Source of the DNA: Candidatus Omnitrophota bacterium
GTDB taxonomy: Bacteria; Omnitrophota; Gorgyraeia; Zapsychrales; Fredricksoniimonadaceae
Reading direction: 5' to 3'
NCBI GenBank assembly: GCA_016201795.1
Contig: JACQCF010000024.1
Span: 2,115 to 66,114 of the forward strand
DNA length: 64,000 bases
Shown here: positions 28,213 through 38,033 of the stretch, one piece after another
Layout: the number at the start of each line of letters is the position of its first letter
How positions within the stretch are numbered: the first letter of the stretch is position 1
Program-made: the position numbers and the translations under genes
Notes under the pieces: generated by a model
Databases searched by the model: none
What the model saw: the letters and a program-made list of their open reading frames with translations, nothing else
Told to the model about the DNA's origin: nothing

Positions 28213-31011
28213 ATGAAATCCGAAGCTATCATCATCCGCGGAGCCAGGGAGCATAATCTTAAGAACATTGATTTGACGATCCCCCGCAATCAATTTGTGG
28301 TGGTCACGGGCTTAAGCGGTTCGGGGAAATCGTCGCTGGCGTTTGATACAATTTATGCGGAAGGCCAGCGCCGTTACGTGGAAAGCCTGTCCGCTTACGC
28401 CCGCCAGTTTTTGGATCAAATACAAAAGCCGCAAGTGGAGCATATCGATGGCCTTTCGCCGACGATTTCCATCGAACAGAAAACCGTCAGCCGCAATCCG
28501 CGCTCAACGGTGGCGACTCAAACGGAAATTTATGATTACCTGCGCCTTTTATTTGCCCGTATTGGCGAACCTTACTGTTATGTCTGTGGTAAAAAAATTG
28601 AACAGCAAAGCGCTCAGCAAATCGTCGAGCGAATTTTGGGTTTTTCACAAGGTGCGAAGATTAATATTTTAGCGCCTCTGATCCGCGGCCGCAAAGGGGA
28701 ATACCGCAACATCCACACTCAGGTGGTCAAAAGCGGTTTTGCCCGCCTTCGCGTCGACGGAAAAATTTACGACGTGCAGGACAAAATGAAGCTGGATAAA
28801 TACAAGGTGCATCACATTGAAGTGGTGGTGGACCGTTTAAGCATCCGGCCGGATATCCGCAAGCGCCTGTTTGATTCCGTCGAGACAGCCCTGAAAGTCG
28901 GCGAAGGTATGATGATCGTTGATTTTAACGCAACCAGGCCCGATCAGACTTTTAGCGAGCGTTACGCGTGTGTGGATTGCGGTACTTCTTTGAGCGAAAT
29001 CGAACCGCGCATTTTTTCTTTTAACTCACCCTATGGGGCTTGTCCGCAATGCAATGGTTTAGGAACGAAGATGGAAATCGATCCGGAGGTCTTGGTGCCG
29101 GATCCCGCCAAACCCTGGACCACGGCGATTGTTCCCTGGAAAAGAGGCCGGCACGGATACATGATGTATTACCGGGCTGTCCTGCGCGAGATCGCGCATA
29201 TTTATAAGGTCGATCCGCGGCTGCCTTTTAGCCAATTGGATAAAAAATTTAAACATATTATTTTGTATGGATCCGACGATGAGATTTGGAATCGACTTTT
29301 CGAGGGGGTGGTCAAATACCTGGAACGTTTGTTTCAAGAAACCGATAGCGATTGGCTAAAAGAAGAAATTTCTTCTCTGATGTCCGTTTCCGCCTGTCCG
29401 GCCTGTGAAGGTAAACGTCTCAAGAAAGAATCACTGGCGGTTAAAATTGCCGATTGCAATATCGCGGATGTCACAGCGCTTTCGATCACAGAGGCCAAAG
29501 AATTCTTTAATGGCCTTAAGCTTTCGAAAGGTCAACAAACCATCAGCTCCGAGATCCTTAAGGAAATCCGCCGCCGTTTGGATTTTTGTATCAATGTCGG
29601 TTTGGAATATTTAACTTTGGAGAGACGAAGCGCGACCCTCTCCGGCGGGGAGGCGGAGCGCATTCGCCTGGCCACTCAAGTCGGCTCAGGTCTGGTGGGG
29701 GTGATTTATGTGCTCGATGAACCCAGCATCGGCCTTCATCAAAAAGACAATGACCGGCTCCTGTCGACTTTGCACGCGCTGCGGGATTTAGGCAACACCT
29801 TGATCGTCGTTGAACATGATGAGGACACTATTCGCCGGGCGGATTATGTGATTGATTTAGGCCCTGGCGCCGGCGAGCACGGCGGCCACCTCATTTACGC
29901 AGGAGATGTTCAGGGTCTGATGGCCTGTCAGGATTCGCTGACAGGCAAATACCTTAACGGTTCTTTAAAGATTCACCCGCCGCAACAGCGCCGTGATATC
30001 GTTAATACTAAATTTTTGAAGATCATCGCGGCTAAAGAACATAATTTAAAAAATATTGATGTTGTCATTCCTCTAGGGACTTTTGTGTGCGTCACCGGCG
30101 TCTCCGGCTCCGGGAAATCGACGCTGGTGGAAGATGTTTTGCATAAGGCTTTAAGTCACAAATTACACGGGGTTAAACAAAAGGCGGGAACGTATAAAAA
30201 AATAGAAGGTTTGCAGTATATCGATAAAGTCATTGTGGTGGATCAGTCGCCCATCGGTCGCACGCCGCGGTCGAATCCAGCCACCTATACGGGGATGTTT
30301 TCCGATATCCGTGCGCTGTTTAGTCAATTGTCCGCATCCAAAATGCGCGGCTACAAACCCGGCCGTTTTAGTTTTAATGTCAAAGGCGGCCGTTGTGAAG
30401 CCTGCAGCGGCGACGGGATTAAAAAGATAGAAATGCATTTTTTGCCGGATGTGTACGTGCAATGCGAGGTCTGTCATGGCCGGCGGTTTACCGATCAGAC
30501 CCTAGAGGTGGAATTTAAAGGTAAAAATATTGCTGATGTGTTAAATTTATCGGTTGAAGAATCCATGATGATATTCGATAATATCCCGCGGATTAGAACG
30601 ATCCTGCAGACGCTCTATGACGTGGGTCTAGGTTATATACGTCTGGGACAGTCGGCCACCACCTTATCAGGGGGTGAAGCCCAGCGGGTGAAGTTAGCCA
30701 GCGAATTGTGTAAACCGGCCACCGGCAAAACTTTTTATATTCTTGATGAGCCCACGACCGGCCTGCATTTTGCCGATGTGGATAAATTGCTGAACGTCCT
30801 GCAAAGACTGGTGGACAGAGGCAATACGGTGCTTGTCATCGAACACAACTTGCATGTGATCCAAAACGCGGATTACCTGATTGATTTAGGGCCCGACGGC
30901 GGAGACAAAGGGGGCGAGGTTGTTTTTAGCGGTTCGGTACAGGAAATTATCCAACACCCTTCTTCGCATACAGGCAGATATTTAAAACCATTTTTAAAAT
31001 CACGGAATTGA
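28213..31011 (+). CDS. uvrA: excinuclease ABC subunit A
   Basis: Two ABC domains ([21 protein letters not shown]), zinc-finger CxxC motifs. Confidence 0.98.
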   Translation: MKSEAIIIRGAREHNLKNIDLTIPRNQFVVVTGLSGSGKSSLAFDTIYAEGQRRYVESLSAYARQFLDQIQKPQVEHIDGLSPTISIEQKTVSRNPRSTVATQTEIYDYLRLLFARIGEPYCYVCGKKIEQQSAQQIVERILGFSQGAKINILAPLIRGRKGEYRNIHTQVVKSGFARLRVDGKIYDVQDKMKLDKYKVHHIEVVVDRLSIRPDIRKRLFDSVETALKVGEGMMIVDFNATRPDQTFSERYACVDCGTSLSEIEPRIFSFNSPYGACPQCNGLGTKMEIDPEVLVPDPAKPWTTAIVPWKRGRHGYMMYYRAVLREIAHIYKVDPRLPFSQLDKKFKHIILYGSDDEIWNRLFEGVVKYLERLFQETDSDWLKEEISSLMSVSACPACEGKRLKKESLAVKIADCNIADVTALSITEAKEFFNGLKLSKGQQTISSEILKEIRRRLDFCINVGLEYLTLERRSATLSGGEAERIRLATQVGSGLVGVIYVLDEPSIGLHQKDNDRLLSTLHALRDLGNTLIVVEHDEDTIRRADYVIDLGPGAGEHGGHLIYAGDVQGLMACQDSLTGKYLNGSLKIHPPQQRRDIVNTKFLKIIAAKEHNLKNIDVVIPLGTFVCVTGVSGSGKSTLVEDVLHKALSHKLHGVKQKAGTYKKIEGLQYIDKVIVVDQSPIGRTPRSNPATYTGMFSDIRALFSQLSASKMRGYKPGRFSFNVKGGRCEACSGDGIKKIEMHFLPDVYVQCEVCHGRRFTDQTLEVEFKGKNIADVLNLSVEESMMIFDNIPRIRTILQTLYDVGLGYIRLGQSATTLSGGEAQRVKLASELCKPATGKTFYILDEPTTGLHFADVDKLLNVLQRLVDRGNTVLVIEHNLHVIQNADYLIDLGPDGGDKGGEVVFSGSVQEIIQHPSSHTGRYLKPFLKSRN

Positions 31012-31014
31012 TTT

Positions 31015-33471
31015 ATGCGAAAGCTGATATTGATTCTTTTATGTTTATGGGCGGGAGGATTTTTTTCACCAGCGCAGATGGCTTATGCCCAGAATCAGCA
31101 GGAGGAATTATATTCAACGGCCCTGCGCGCCTTCGACGACGGTTTTCACGATGTGGCCATTCGCTATTTAGAGCAGTTTTTACAAGACTTTCCGCAGGAC
31201 CCCAAAGTCAACCAGGTCAAATTTCTTTTGGGGCAATGTTATTTTTTCAAGAATCAATTACCCAAAGCACTAGATTTATTCAACAGCCTCAGTGACACTT
31301 ATGACAATAAAGAACTGCTACTATTTTGGCTGGGGGAAGTGTATTTAAAAATTCCCGATTATGCGCATGCGCAAAAGGAATATCGAGAACTTATTCATAC
31401 CTATCCAGACTCCGTTTATATTCCACAGGCCATTTATTCTCTGGGCTGGTCCTATTTCGACCAGAAAAAATATACCCAGGCTAAAGATATTTTTGATCAA
31501 TTGGTGGCTCAATTTCCCAAACATCAACTGAGCGAAGATGCTTTACTTAAAAGCGGTCAGTGTCTTTATGACGCGGGAGATTATCGAGGAGCTTTGACGA
31601 GATTTATGAAATATCTCACGCGCTATCCTCAATCGTCTCATCAATGGGAAGTGTATTTGAATATAGCCGATGCGTATTACTATATGGAAGATTATACCAA
31701 CTCAAAAGATTTTTATCATAAATCCCTTAAAGCCCCCGATCCCAAACTGGTTTTCACCGCTTATATTGGTAAAATATGGAGCTCTTTAAAGGCAAAAGAT
31801 TTTAATAGCGCTGAGAAAACATTGAAAGAAGCGCAGGATTTTAGCAAAGACAAAAATTTGGTCGATGATGACCTGCTATTAGTGAAAGCCAATGTGTTTA
31901 TCGAAAAAGGAGATTTGCAGACGGCGGTAGGGGTTTATGATGAGCTGATTAAGAATTTTCCGCAAGGGCAGCATTATTCGGAGGCTCATTTAGGACGGGC
32001 CAATGCTTATTTTATTTTAAAAAAATTTGATGAGGCATTGGGAGATTATCGTTTTGTGGTTGATCGTGGCGGTCAGGAGGAGCTGTTATTAAAGGCCAAT
32101 TTGGGGATGGCCTGGACCTATGTAAAATTAAATAATCTGGCCCAAGCCCAGGCGCGTTTTCAAAGTATTGTTGAGCATACCGACAAAGCGGAAGTGAAGG
32201 TCAATGCTCTAGTACAGATGGCCGATGCCTTAGCCGATGCCGACAAGATGGAGGAGGCCGTTCGCCTTTACGATGACGTTATTAAAAATTATCCCGATAA
32301 TACCATAGCCGATTATGTGCAGCACCGTCAGGCTATCGCGCTTTTGAAGATGGGCAATATTCAAGCGGCGGTGGTGGCTTTTGAAAACCTTCAGGCCAGT
32401 TTCCCTCAAAGCCATTATTTAGACGACGTGAATTATTATTTGGGACTAGCCGCTTTTAAGAAGGGTAATTGGAAAACCGCCTCTGGGCGGATGGAAGAGT
32501 TCTTAAAAAGTCTTTCTCATCCTAGCGGTTTTACCCCTGAGGCCAATTATATTCTGGCGTTGTCTTACCTGAATTTGAAACAGTCGGAGGAGGCTTTAAA
32601 AATATTTCAGAAAATTTTGCGGCTTTATCCCGATGATGTAGCGGTGGCCAAAAATTCCGATATCGGGATTGCCAAATGTCAGTATGAGTTAGGCCAGATC
32701 AAGGAAGCGGTCAAACGATTCAGATTGATTATTTACAAATATCCTAAAACGGAAGCGGAATTTGAATCTTTATTGTGGCTGGCCCAGTATTATTTGAAGG
32801 ATTCGGACTACACGCAGGCGGGAGATTTTTATCAGCAGATTTTGGATCGTTTTGCGGATCACATAGGGATTGATCAAATTCATTATGAAATGGGCCAGGT
32901 TTATGAAATTCAGGGAATGTATGATCAGGCCCTGGTTCAATACCAACAAATTTCCCGGCAAGATACCACTCTTTACTCAAAAGTGAAGTTAGCCATTGCC
33001 GGTATATTTGTCAAAGAATTTGATATTCACAAGGCGGTGAAGGCTTATGAAAATATTGCGGCCACATCGCCGGAGTTAGCCCGTGAATCTTATTTGAAAA
33101 TGGCTCAACTCTACCGCAACAATCAAACCTATGACAAAGAGATGGAATGCTATCAAAAGGCTTTAAGCCTCCCAGAAAGGGGGCAGGTCAGTAATGTGGA
33201 ACTCTTGTTTGATATTGCTGATACGTATGAAGTCATGGGACGCTTGGATGAGGCGGTAGGCGACTATTTAAAAATACCGGGGCAGTATTCTAACCAGTTA
33301 AGCTGGGTGGCCAAGGCTTATCTTCGGGTGGCGAAAATTTTTGAAGATCGCCAAGATTGGGCCGGCGCCGCTGTGACGTATCAAAAGATCATTCAATTAA
33401 ATACGGAGGAATCTAAATTCGCCCAGGAACGTTTGGATTGGGTTAACTCTAACACAGGAGCCAAAAAATGA
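31015..33471 (+). CDS. exported tetratricopeptide-repeat protein
   Basis: Signal peptide-like N-terminus and many TPR units ending in YP/FP. Confidence 0.85.
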   Translation: MRKLILILLCLWAGGFFSPAQMAYAQNQQEELYSTALRAFDDGFHDVAIRYLEQFLQDFPQDPKVNQVKFLLGQCYFFKNQLPKALDLFNSLSDTYDNKELLLFWLGEVYLKIPDYAHAQKEYRELIHTYPDSVYIPQAIYSLGWSYFDQKKYTQAKDIFDQLVAQFPKHQLSEDALLKSGQCLYDAGDYRGALTRFMKYLTRYPQSSHQWEVYLNIADAYYYMEDYTNSKDFYHKSLKAPDPKLVFTAYIGKIWSSLKAKDFNSAEKTLKEAQDFSKDKNLVDDDLLLVKANVFIEKGDLQTAVGVYDELIKNFPQGQHYSEAHLGRANAYFILKKFDEALGDYRFVVDRGGQEELLLKANLGMAWTYVKLNNLAQAQARFQSIVEHTDKAEVKVNALVQMADALADADKMEEAVRLYDDVIKNYPDNTIADYVQHRQAIALLKMGNIQAAVVAFENLQASFPQSHYLDDVNYYLGLAAFKKGNWKTASGRMEEFLKSLSHPSGFTPEANYILALSYLNLKQSEEALKIFQKILRLYPDDVAVAKNSDIGIAKCQYELGQIKEAVKRFRLIIYKYPKTEAEFESLLWLAQYYLKDSDYTQAGDFYQQILDRFADHIGIDQIHYEMGQVYEIQGMYDQALVQYQQISRQDTTLYSKVKLAIAGIFVKEFDIHKAVKAYENIAATSPELARESYLKMAQLYRNNQTYDKEMECYQKALSLPERGQVSNVELLFDIADTYEVMGRLDEAVGDYLKIPGQYSNQLSWVAKAYLRVAKIFEDRQDWAGAAVTYQKIIQLNTEESKFAQERLDWVNSNTGAKK

Positions 33472-34151
33472 TTGTGGTTGTCTTTAATCTATGGCAGTTG
33501 ATTCTTAAAGGTGGCCCGATGATGTGGCCGATTATTCTTTTATCGCTGGTGGCGCTGGCGGTAGGGATGGAGAGGATAGCCTATTTATCATCGATGGAGA
33601 AAATCGTCAGAGCCCACAAGGCCCATCTGTTGCGTTCCCTACAGCAAGGTCATATTCAACAGACATTGAGTTTGTGTGAATCCACCAACAGTCCTTTTAG
33701 CCGCATTTTCAAAGCGGCGCTTCTTAAATTCGGCACCTCGGCTCAGGTCATTACGACAGCCATGGAAGAAGTTTTTATTTATGAGACTCATAGACTCAAA
33801 GAGCGTATGAGTATTTTATCTTTTGCCATCAACGCCTCGGTGTTGATGGGTTTATTAGGGACGGCAGTAGGCTTGACGGTGGTGTTTCACGCCGTGCAGG
33901 TGCGCTCGAATGTGCTCAATCCTTTAAGTGTGGGGGACATGGCTCAGGGGATATGGCAGGCGCTGTTTTCGACCATCGCGGGATTGATGGTTTGTATTTT
34001 TACTTTTACGGTTTATAGTTTTTGCATTTCAAGAATCAATAATATCATGGCTGATCTGGAACTTGCCATGGCCCAGAGCGCCCATATGTTGGTCCAGTTG
34101 GCCGAATTAAATGAAAGGGTTGAGCAACGCGGTGAGGGAGGATCTACCTAA
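33468..34151 (+). CDS. MotA/TolQ/ExbB proton-channel family protein
   Basis: KGGPMMWPI, GLLGTAVG, GIWQALFSTIAGL. Confidence 0.88.
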   Translation: MIVVVFNLWQLILKGGPMMWPIILLSLVALAVGMERIAYLSSMEKIVRAHKAHLLRSLQQGHIQQTLSLCESTNSPFSRIFKAALLKFGTSAQVITTAMEEVFIYETHRLKERMSILSFAINASVLMGLLGTAVGLTVVFHAVQVRSNVLNPLSVGDMAQGIWQALFSTIAGLMVCIFTFTVYSFCISRINNIMADLELAMAQSAHMLVQLAELNERVEQRGEGGST

Positions 34152-34154
34152 GTT

Positions 34155-34559
34155 ATGAAAACCAATAATTTGACCCCAGCTTTTGTGCCTTTGCATCCGG
34201 TTTTAGCGGTGGCCGCGATGAATTTATTTTTGTTATTTTTGTTAGTTTTGATTTTTTTCTCGTCGCTGGCTAAACCGTCTGGTTTTGAAATTCGTATGCC
34301 GCGTGCGGTTGTCAGCGAAGGTTTGCAGGGGGCTCAAACGATTACCATCACTGCTGAAAACGTGTTGTATCTAAACGGCAAGGTCATCATTCTTAATGAG
34401 CTCAAGAGAGATTTAGCCAAGGTTAATTTTAAAGATCAGAATATTTTTATTCGTGCTGACCGGCGATCATCGATGGGCAGAGTCATGGATGTGTGGGATT
34501 TATGCCGGGCTTTGGGCGGCAGCCGCGTTCATATTTTGGCCTCCGAAGAAGAAAAGTGA
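34155..34559 (+). CDS. ExbD/TolR family protein with the TM Asp replaced by Asn
   Basis: Single TM, IFIRADRR...GRVMDVWD periplasmic motif. Confidence 0.85.
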   Translation: MKTNNLTPAFVPLHPVLAVAAMNLFLLFLLVLIFFSSLAKPSGFEIRMPRAVVSEGLQGAQTITITAENVLYLNGKVIILNELKRDLAKVNFKDQNIFIRADRRSSMGRVMDVWDLCRALGGSRVHILASEEEK

Positions 34560-34813
34560 TGCGTTATTTTTTTATTTCTATTTTAACCCATATTCTTGTG
34601 ATTAGTTCTTTTTGGGTAGGGCTTTCTGTGCCGGTGGGGCGGGATCAGAATTCGTTTACTTATCTGGGAACATTGCTGAGCCCCGAGCAAACCAAGAGCG
34701 ATGCTCTCCAGCGTCAGCAGGTCAAGGGCTTCGAGGCCGTGGGATTTGAAGAATCCGAGTCAGCTTTCTTTACGCCATGGCTGAAGATGCGTCAGATGGA
34801 TAAACCGCGGTAA
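34559..34813 (+). CDS. small membrane-anchored protein with TonB/TolA-like SxxxH anchor
   Basis: MRYFFISILTHILVISS; start overlaps the exbD stop; no TonB C-terminal domain. Confidence 0.55.
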   Translation: MRYFFISILTHILVISSFWVGLSVPVGRDQNSFTYLGTLLSPEQTKSDALQRQQVKGFEAVGFEESESAFFTPWLKMRQMDKPR

Positions 34814-34827
34814 ATGAGGGGTCATTT

Positions 34828-35052
34828 ATCTTTATCTGGGATTTTAATGCCATTTTTGCCGTTGCTTTGATTTTTGGGGTGGGTCTTGTTTTGACCCTAT
34901 GGATCATCTATACTTTAAATAGGGACCGGCAGCAAAAGCAGGAAACGATTATCGAGTATTTCCGGCATTGTCTCTATTGCGGATATGTGTATTTGGATTA
35001 TTTTCGAAACAACCCCTGCCGGTGCCCGCGGTGTTTAAGTTATCATGACTAA
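34828..35052 (+). CDS. small membrane protein with C-terminal zinc ribbon (start uncertain: ATC 34828 or TTG 34867)
   Basis: TM segment then CLYC and CPRC; GAGGGG RBS at 34816. Confidence 0.65.
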   Translation: MFIWDFNAIFAVALIFGVGLVLTLWIIYTLNRDRQQKQETIIEYFRHCLYCGYVYLDYFRNNPCRCPRCLSYHD

Positions 35053-35061
35053 AGGACTTTT

Positions 35062-35379
35062 ATGTGGCCTCAATTACGTAAAACGGCCCAAGAATCAGGT
35101 ATTGTGATGGTGATTGTTTTGCTCATCGTCATGGTGATGATGATTTTTGCTGTGACCATTCTCTCCCAAAGTATGAGCCAGAGCAAAACTAGCCGTTCTG
35201 CGGTGGATCAAATTGTGGGGGACCAATTGGCCAAGGGTCTCTTCTGGAATTCTTATGCTAGTGGATCATGCTTTGGTAGCTTGACCGTACCTTTAAACAG
35301 TCGTACTTACACTGCAACGATTACCAACGTATTAATTTCCCCCAACATCAGCAACTGTACCATTAACATTAGCTATTAA
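35062..35379 (+). CDS. PilX/GspK-like minor pilin
   Basis: QESG|IVMVIV prepilin-like cleavage site, hydrophobic helix, no Glu5. Confidence 0.7.
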   Translation: MWPQLRKTAQESGIVMVIVLLIVMVMMIFAVTILSQSMSQSKTSRSAVDQIVGDQLAKGLFWNSYASGSCFGSLTVPLNSRTYTATITNVLISPNISNCTINISY

Positions 35380-35470
35380 GTTTTTTTATATTATATTGAC
35401 AACACCTGTCGACTATAGTCTAATAAAATTTAATCTTAATAAAAAAATTCTTAATAGCTAAAAGAAACCC

Positions 35471-36970
35471 ATGTCTCATTCTTCAAGAATAGGTATTTTT
35501 CTGAGCGATGACAAAGTGGTGGTGGTGGAGTCGGATCGCAACAAGCCGCAGAAAATTATCTCTGCCCCTCTAGCTTCATCAACAGAATCGCCTTTTCGTT
35601 CTGATATTACCGATGAAATTCAGACAGTCGCCTTGCTACAAAAACTGTTCAGGGAGAATAAAATCAGCCTTGGCCCTGCCTGCGTTTCTATTCCCCTCAA
35701 AGAAGTGATTTTGCGTTCCTTCGTGATTCCCTGGATGCCAGCGTATGAATTAAATAACGGGGTGTATTATGAAGCCAAAAAATATGTGCCGTTTGATCTT
35801 AAGGATGTAGATTTTGTTTATCAGCCTGTGGCGTTTGCAGAAAATAAACAAAGACGTTGGCGGATTATTTTATATGCCGTACGCAAACAAACAGTGGAAA
35901 AATACGACCGTATTTTAAAACAGATTGGCTGTAAACCGTTTGTTTATGAACCATCACCGGTGAGTTTGATCAAAGAGCTAATCGCCAGAAATGATTTGAA
36001 GCCGGATCAGAACATAGCGGTTGTTTATGTACAGCAGCGTCACGGCCAGATTATTTTCTATGAGAAAGGCAGTTCTTATTTTGTGCGTGAATTTTTTTTA
36101 CCTGTACCTGAAGGTAATGACCCGCAGGCCGCGGTTCACTCGATGCGTACGAGCCTTTTCAGTGAGATAAAAAAATCGTTTCAATATTATAACCGACAAT
36201 TTTCGCAGCAGAAGATAGAGGAAGCTCTGGTGCTTTCAGACGCTGCGGATGAAAAATTGGGGGGAATTTTAATGGAAGAATTATCCGTTAAAGCCAGAAC
36301 GGTTGATTCTTCCGTGGTTGCAGGCCAACAGACGTTGAGGGGATTGGAGATCATGTGTGCTTGCGGTGTCTGTCTGACCAATGTTCCATCAGCGCTTACT
36401 TCGTTTAATTTTTTACAGAAAAAAGGAATTTCTCAGTCCTCAACGGCGGTTCTCTCGTGGGATCTCAAGGAACTATGGCCAGCCCTGCACACGGCCGTCA
36501 TTGGCGTGCTGGTGTTAGCAGGCGCTTTTGTTTTTGGTCAGCTGAAACTGCGGGATATACACCAACAGCTCGATCGTGTGGTGTTGCGGCAGGGGTCTTT
36601 TGCCAACACACCGCTGGAAGATATCCAAACCAGGATTAAAGCCAATAAGGATGACTTAAACGGATATAAAAATATACCGCTTCATACCCATATGGCATCG
36701 CTGTTGGTGAAAGTGACCAAAGCATTACCGGACGGTGTTTGGTTAAAAGAGCTGAATATTCATTACGGTCAAAGCGATCGGGTTGTTCTGAGCTTGGACG
36801 GCTATGTCTATTCCGCAGATACTGAGGCGCAATTTAAGATCGTCAATGAGCTGTTGTCGAATTTGAAGGCACAGAAATCTTTTTCGTCACAAGACTTACA
36901 AGTGACGACGATGCAAAGGCAAAAATTGCATAATCGGCAGGTCGTTTATTTTCAAATCAAAACTTCTTAA
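35471..36970 (+). CDS. pilM: PilM-PilN fusion, type IV pilus alignment complex
   Basis: EAKKYVPF PilM motif, SFNFL linker, TM, LPDGVWL PilN motif. Confidence 0.8.
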   Translation: MSHSSRIGIFLSDDKVVVVESDRNKPQKIISAPLASSTESPFRSDITDEIQTVALLQKLFRENKISLGPACVSIPLKEVILRSFVIPWMPAYELNNGVYYEAKKYVPFDLKDVDFVYQPVAFAENKQRRWRIILYAVRKQTVEKYDRILKQIGCKPFVYEPSPVSLIKELIARNDLKPDQNIAVVYVQQRHGQIIFYEKGSSYFVREFFLPVPEGNDPQAAVHSMRTSLFSEIKKSFQYYNRQFSQQKIEEALVLSDAADEKLGGILMEELSVKARTVDSSVVAGQQTLRGLEIMCACGVCLTNVPSALTSFNFLQKKGISQSSTAVLSWDLKELWPALHTAVIGVLVLAGAFVFGQLKLRDIHQQLDRVVLRQGSFANTPLEDIQTRIKANKDDLNGYKNIPLHTHMASLLVKVTKALPDGVWLKELNIHYGQSDRVVLSLDGYVYSADTEAQFKIVNELLSNLKAQKSFSSQDLQVTTMQRQKLHNRQVVYFQIKTS

Positions 36971-36973
36971 AAT

Positions 36974-37543
36974 ATGCCTGATTTATCTCATTTTAAGTTT
37001 GATATCCAACAGATGGACTTGAATAAAGTCTTTGAGAAACTTTTCGAGAAGAAAAGTCTTCTGGCGGCGGTTGCGGTATTGGTGTTGGTATCGGTCGTGG
37101 CCATGGCATTATTAAAGGACTATTCCTCTAAGGCGGCTAATTATCAAAATCAGATGCAGCAAATGCACCAAAAAATAGATATGATTGCCCGGCATGAGGA
37201 GTCTCTTAAACAGTTGAATCAATTGACCTCTTCCTTGCCTAAACCGATGAGCACACAGAAGCTCATCAATCAATTAACGGATTACGCAACTCAAAATCAG
37301 GTGGATATTCTTGACATCACACCCAAAGAGACCAAGAGGGAGAATCTTTATACGATCACCGTTGTGCATTCGAGCGTTAATGCCAGCAGTTTCAAGAATT
37401 TACTTCTTTTTCTGCGCGCGGTGGAAACTTCGCCTTACGCGCTCAGAGTAGAATCCTGGTCGGGAAAATCGCAGGAGAGCGATTTGGGTACAGGCGCTGT
37501 TAGCTGTGAAATAGATATTGCCTCTATTGAGATTAAAACATGA
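36974..37543 (+). CDS. pilO: PilO-like pilus assembly protein
   Basis: TM, coiled coil, SLP motif, SFKNLLLFLRAVE; gene order. Confidence 0.7.
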   Translation: MPDLSHFKFDIQQMDLNKVFEKLFEKKSLLAAVAVLVLVSVVAMALLKDYSSKAANYQNQMQQMHQKIDMIARHEESLKQLNQLTSSLPKPMSTQKLINQLTDYATQNQVDILDITPKETKRENLYTITVVHSSVNASSFKNLLLFLRAVETSPYALRVESWSGKSQESDLGTGAVSCEIDIASIEIKT

Positions 37544-38001
37544 TACCTTGGCTGGTGATGATGTTAGCAGTCGGATATTTAATGTCTTCATCCGTTTTAG
37601 CAGATCAGGCAGAGAAGAATGCCTCTGGTGAGACGGCCGAGGCAGAGGATGCCTCGCTGATTGAATCTTTAGCGAATTCTAAAAGTCCTTTTGTATCCCT
37701 TGTACCTAAAATAGAGCCTGTGACCCAAGCTCCGGTACCGGTTCCCATTCCATCGAAGCCCCAGCCGTTGTTGGTGGCCCCTGCGATGCCGACTTTGTCT
37801 TCGGAGGACCAGGAGAAAACATTTTCGAATTTAAAAGTTAACGGTATCGTTTGGGGCGGTGAGAGACCGCAGGCGATTATCAATGATCAAGTGGTTAGTC
37901 TCGGTGAGACCGTTCAAGAAGCGAAAGTGGTAGCGATTAGTGAACAGGGCGTGGGCTTGCAGTATAAAGGTAGAAAAATTACTTTAACTGTAGATCGCTA
38001 A
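37540..38001 (+). CDS. PilP/GspB-like protein
   Basis: SPF motif, Pro-rich linker, GIVWG..PQAIIND. Confidence 0.65.
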   Translation: MIPWLVMMLAVGYLMSSSVLADQAEKNASGETAEAEDASLIESLANSKSPFVSLVPKIEPVTQAPVPVPIPSKPQPLLVAPAMPTLSSEDQEKTFSNLKVNGIVWGGERPQAIINDQVVSLGETVQEAKVVAISEQGVGLQYKGRKITLTVDR

Positions 38002-38033
38002 AATATGAGTTATCATTTTAACGGGAGAAGATT

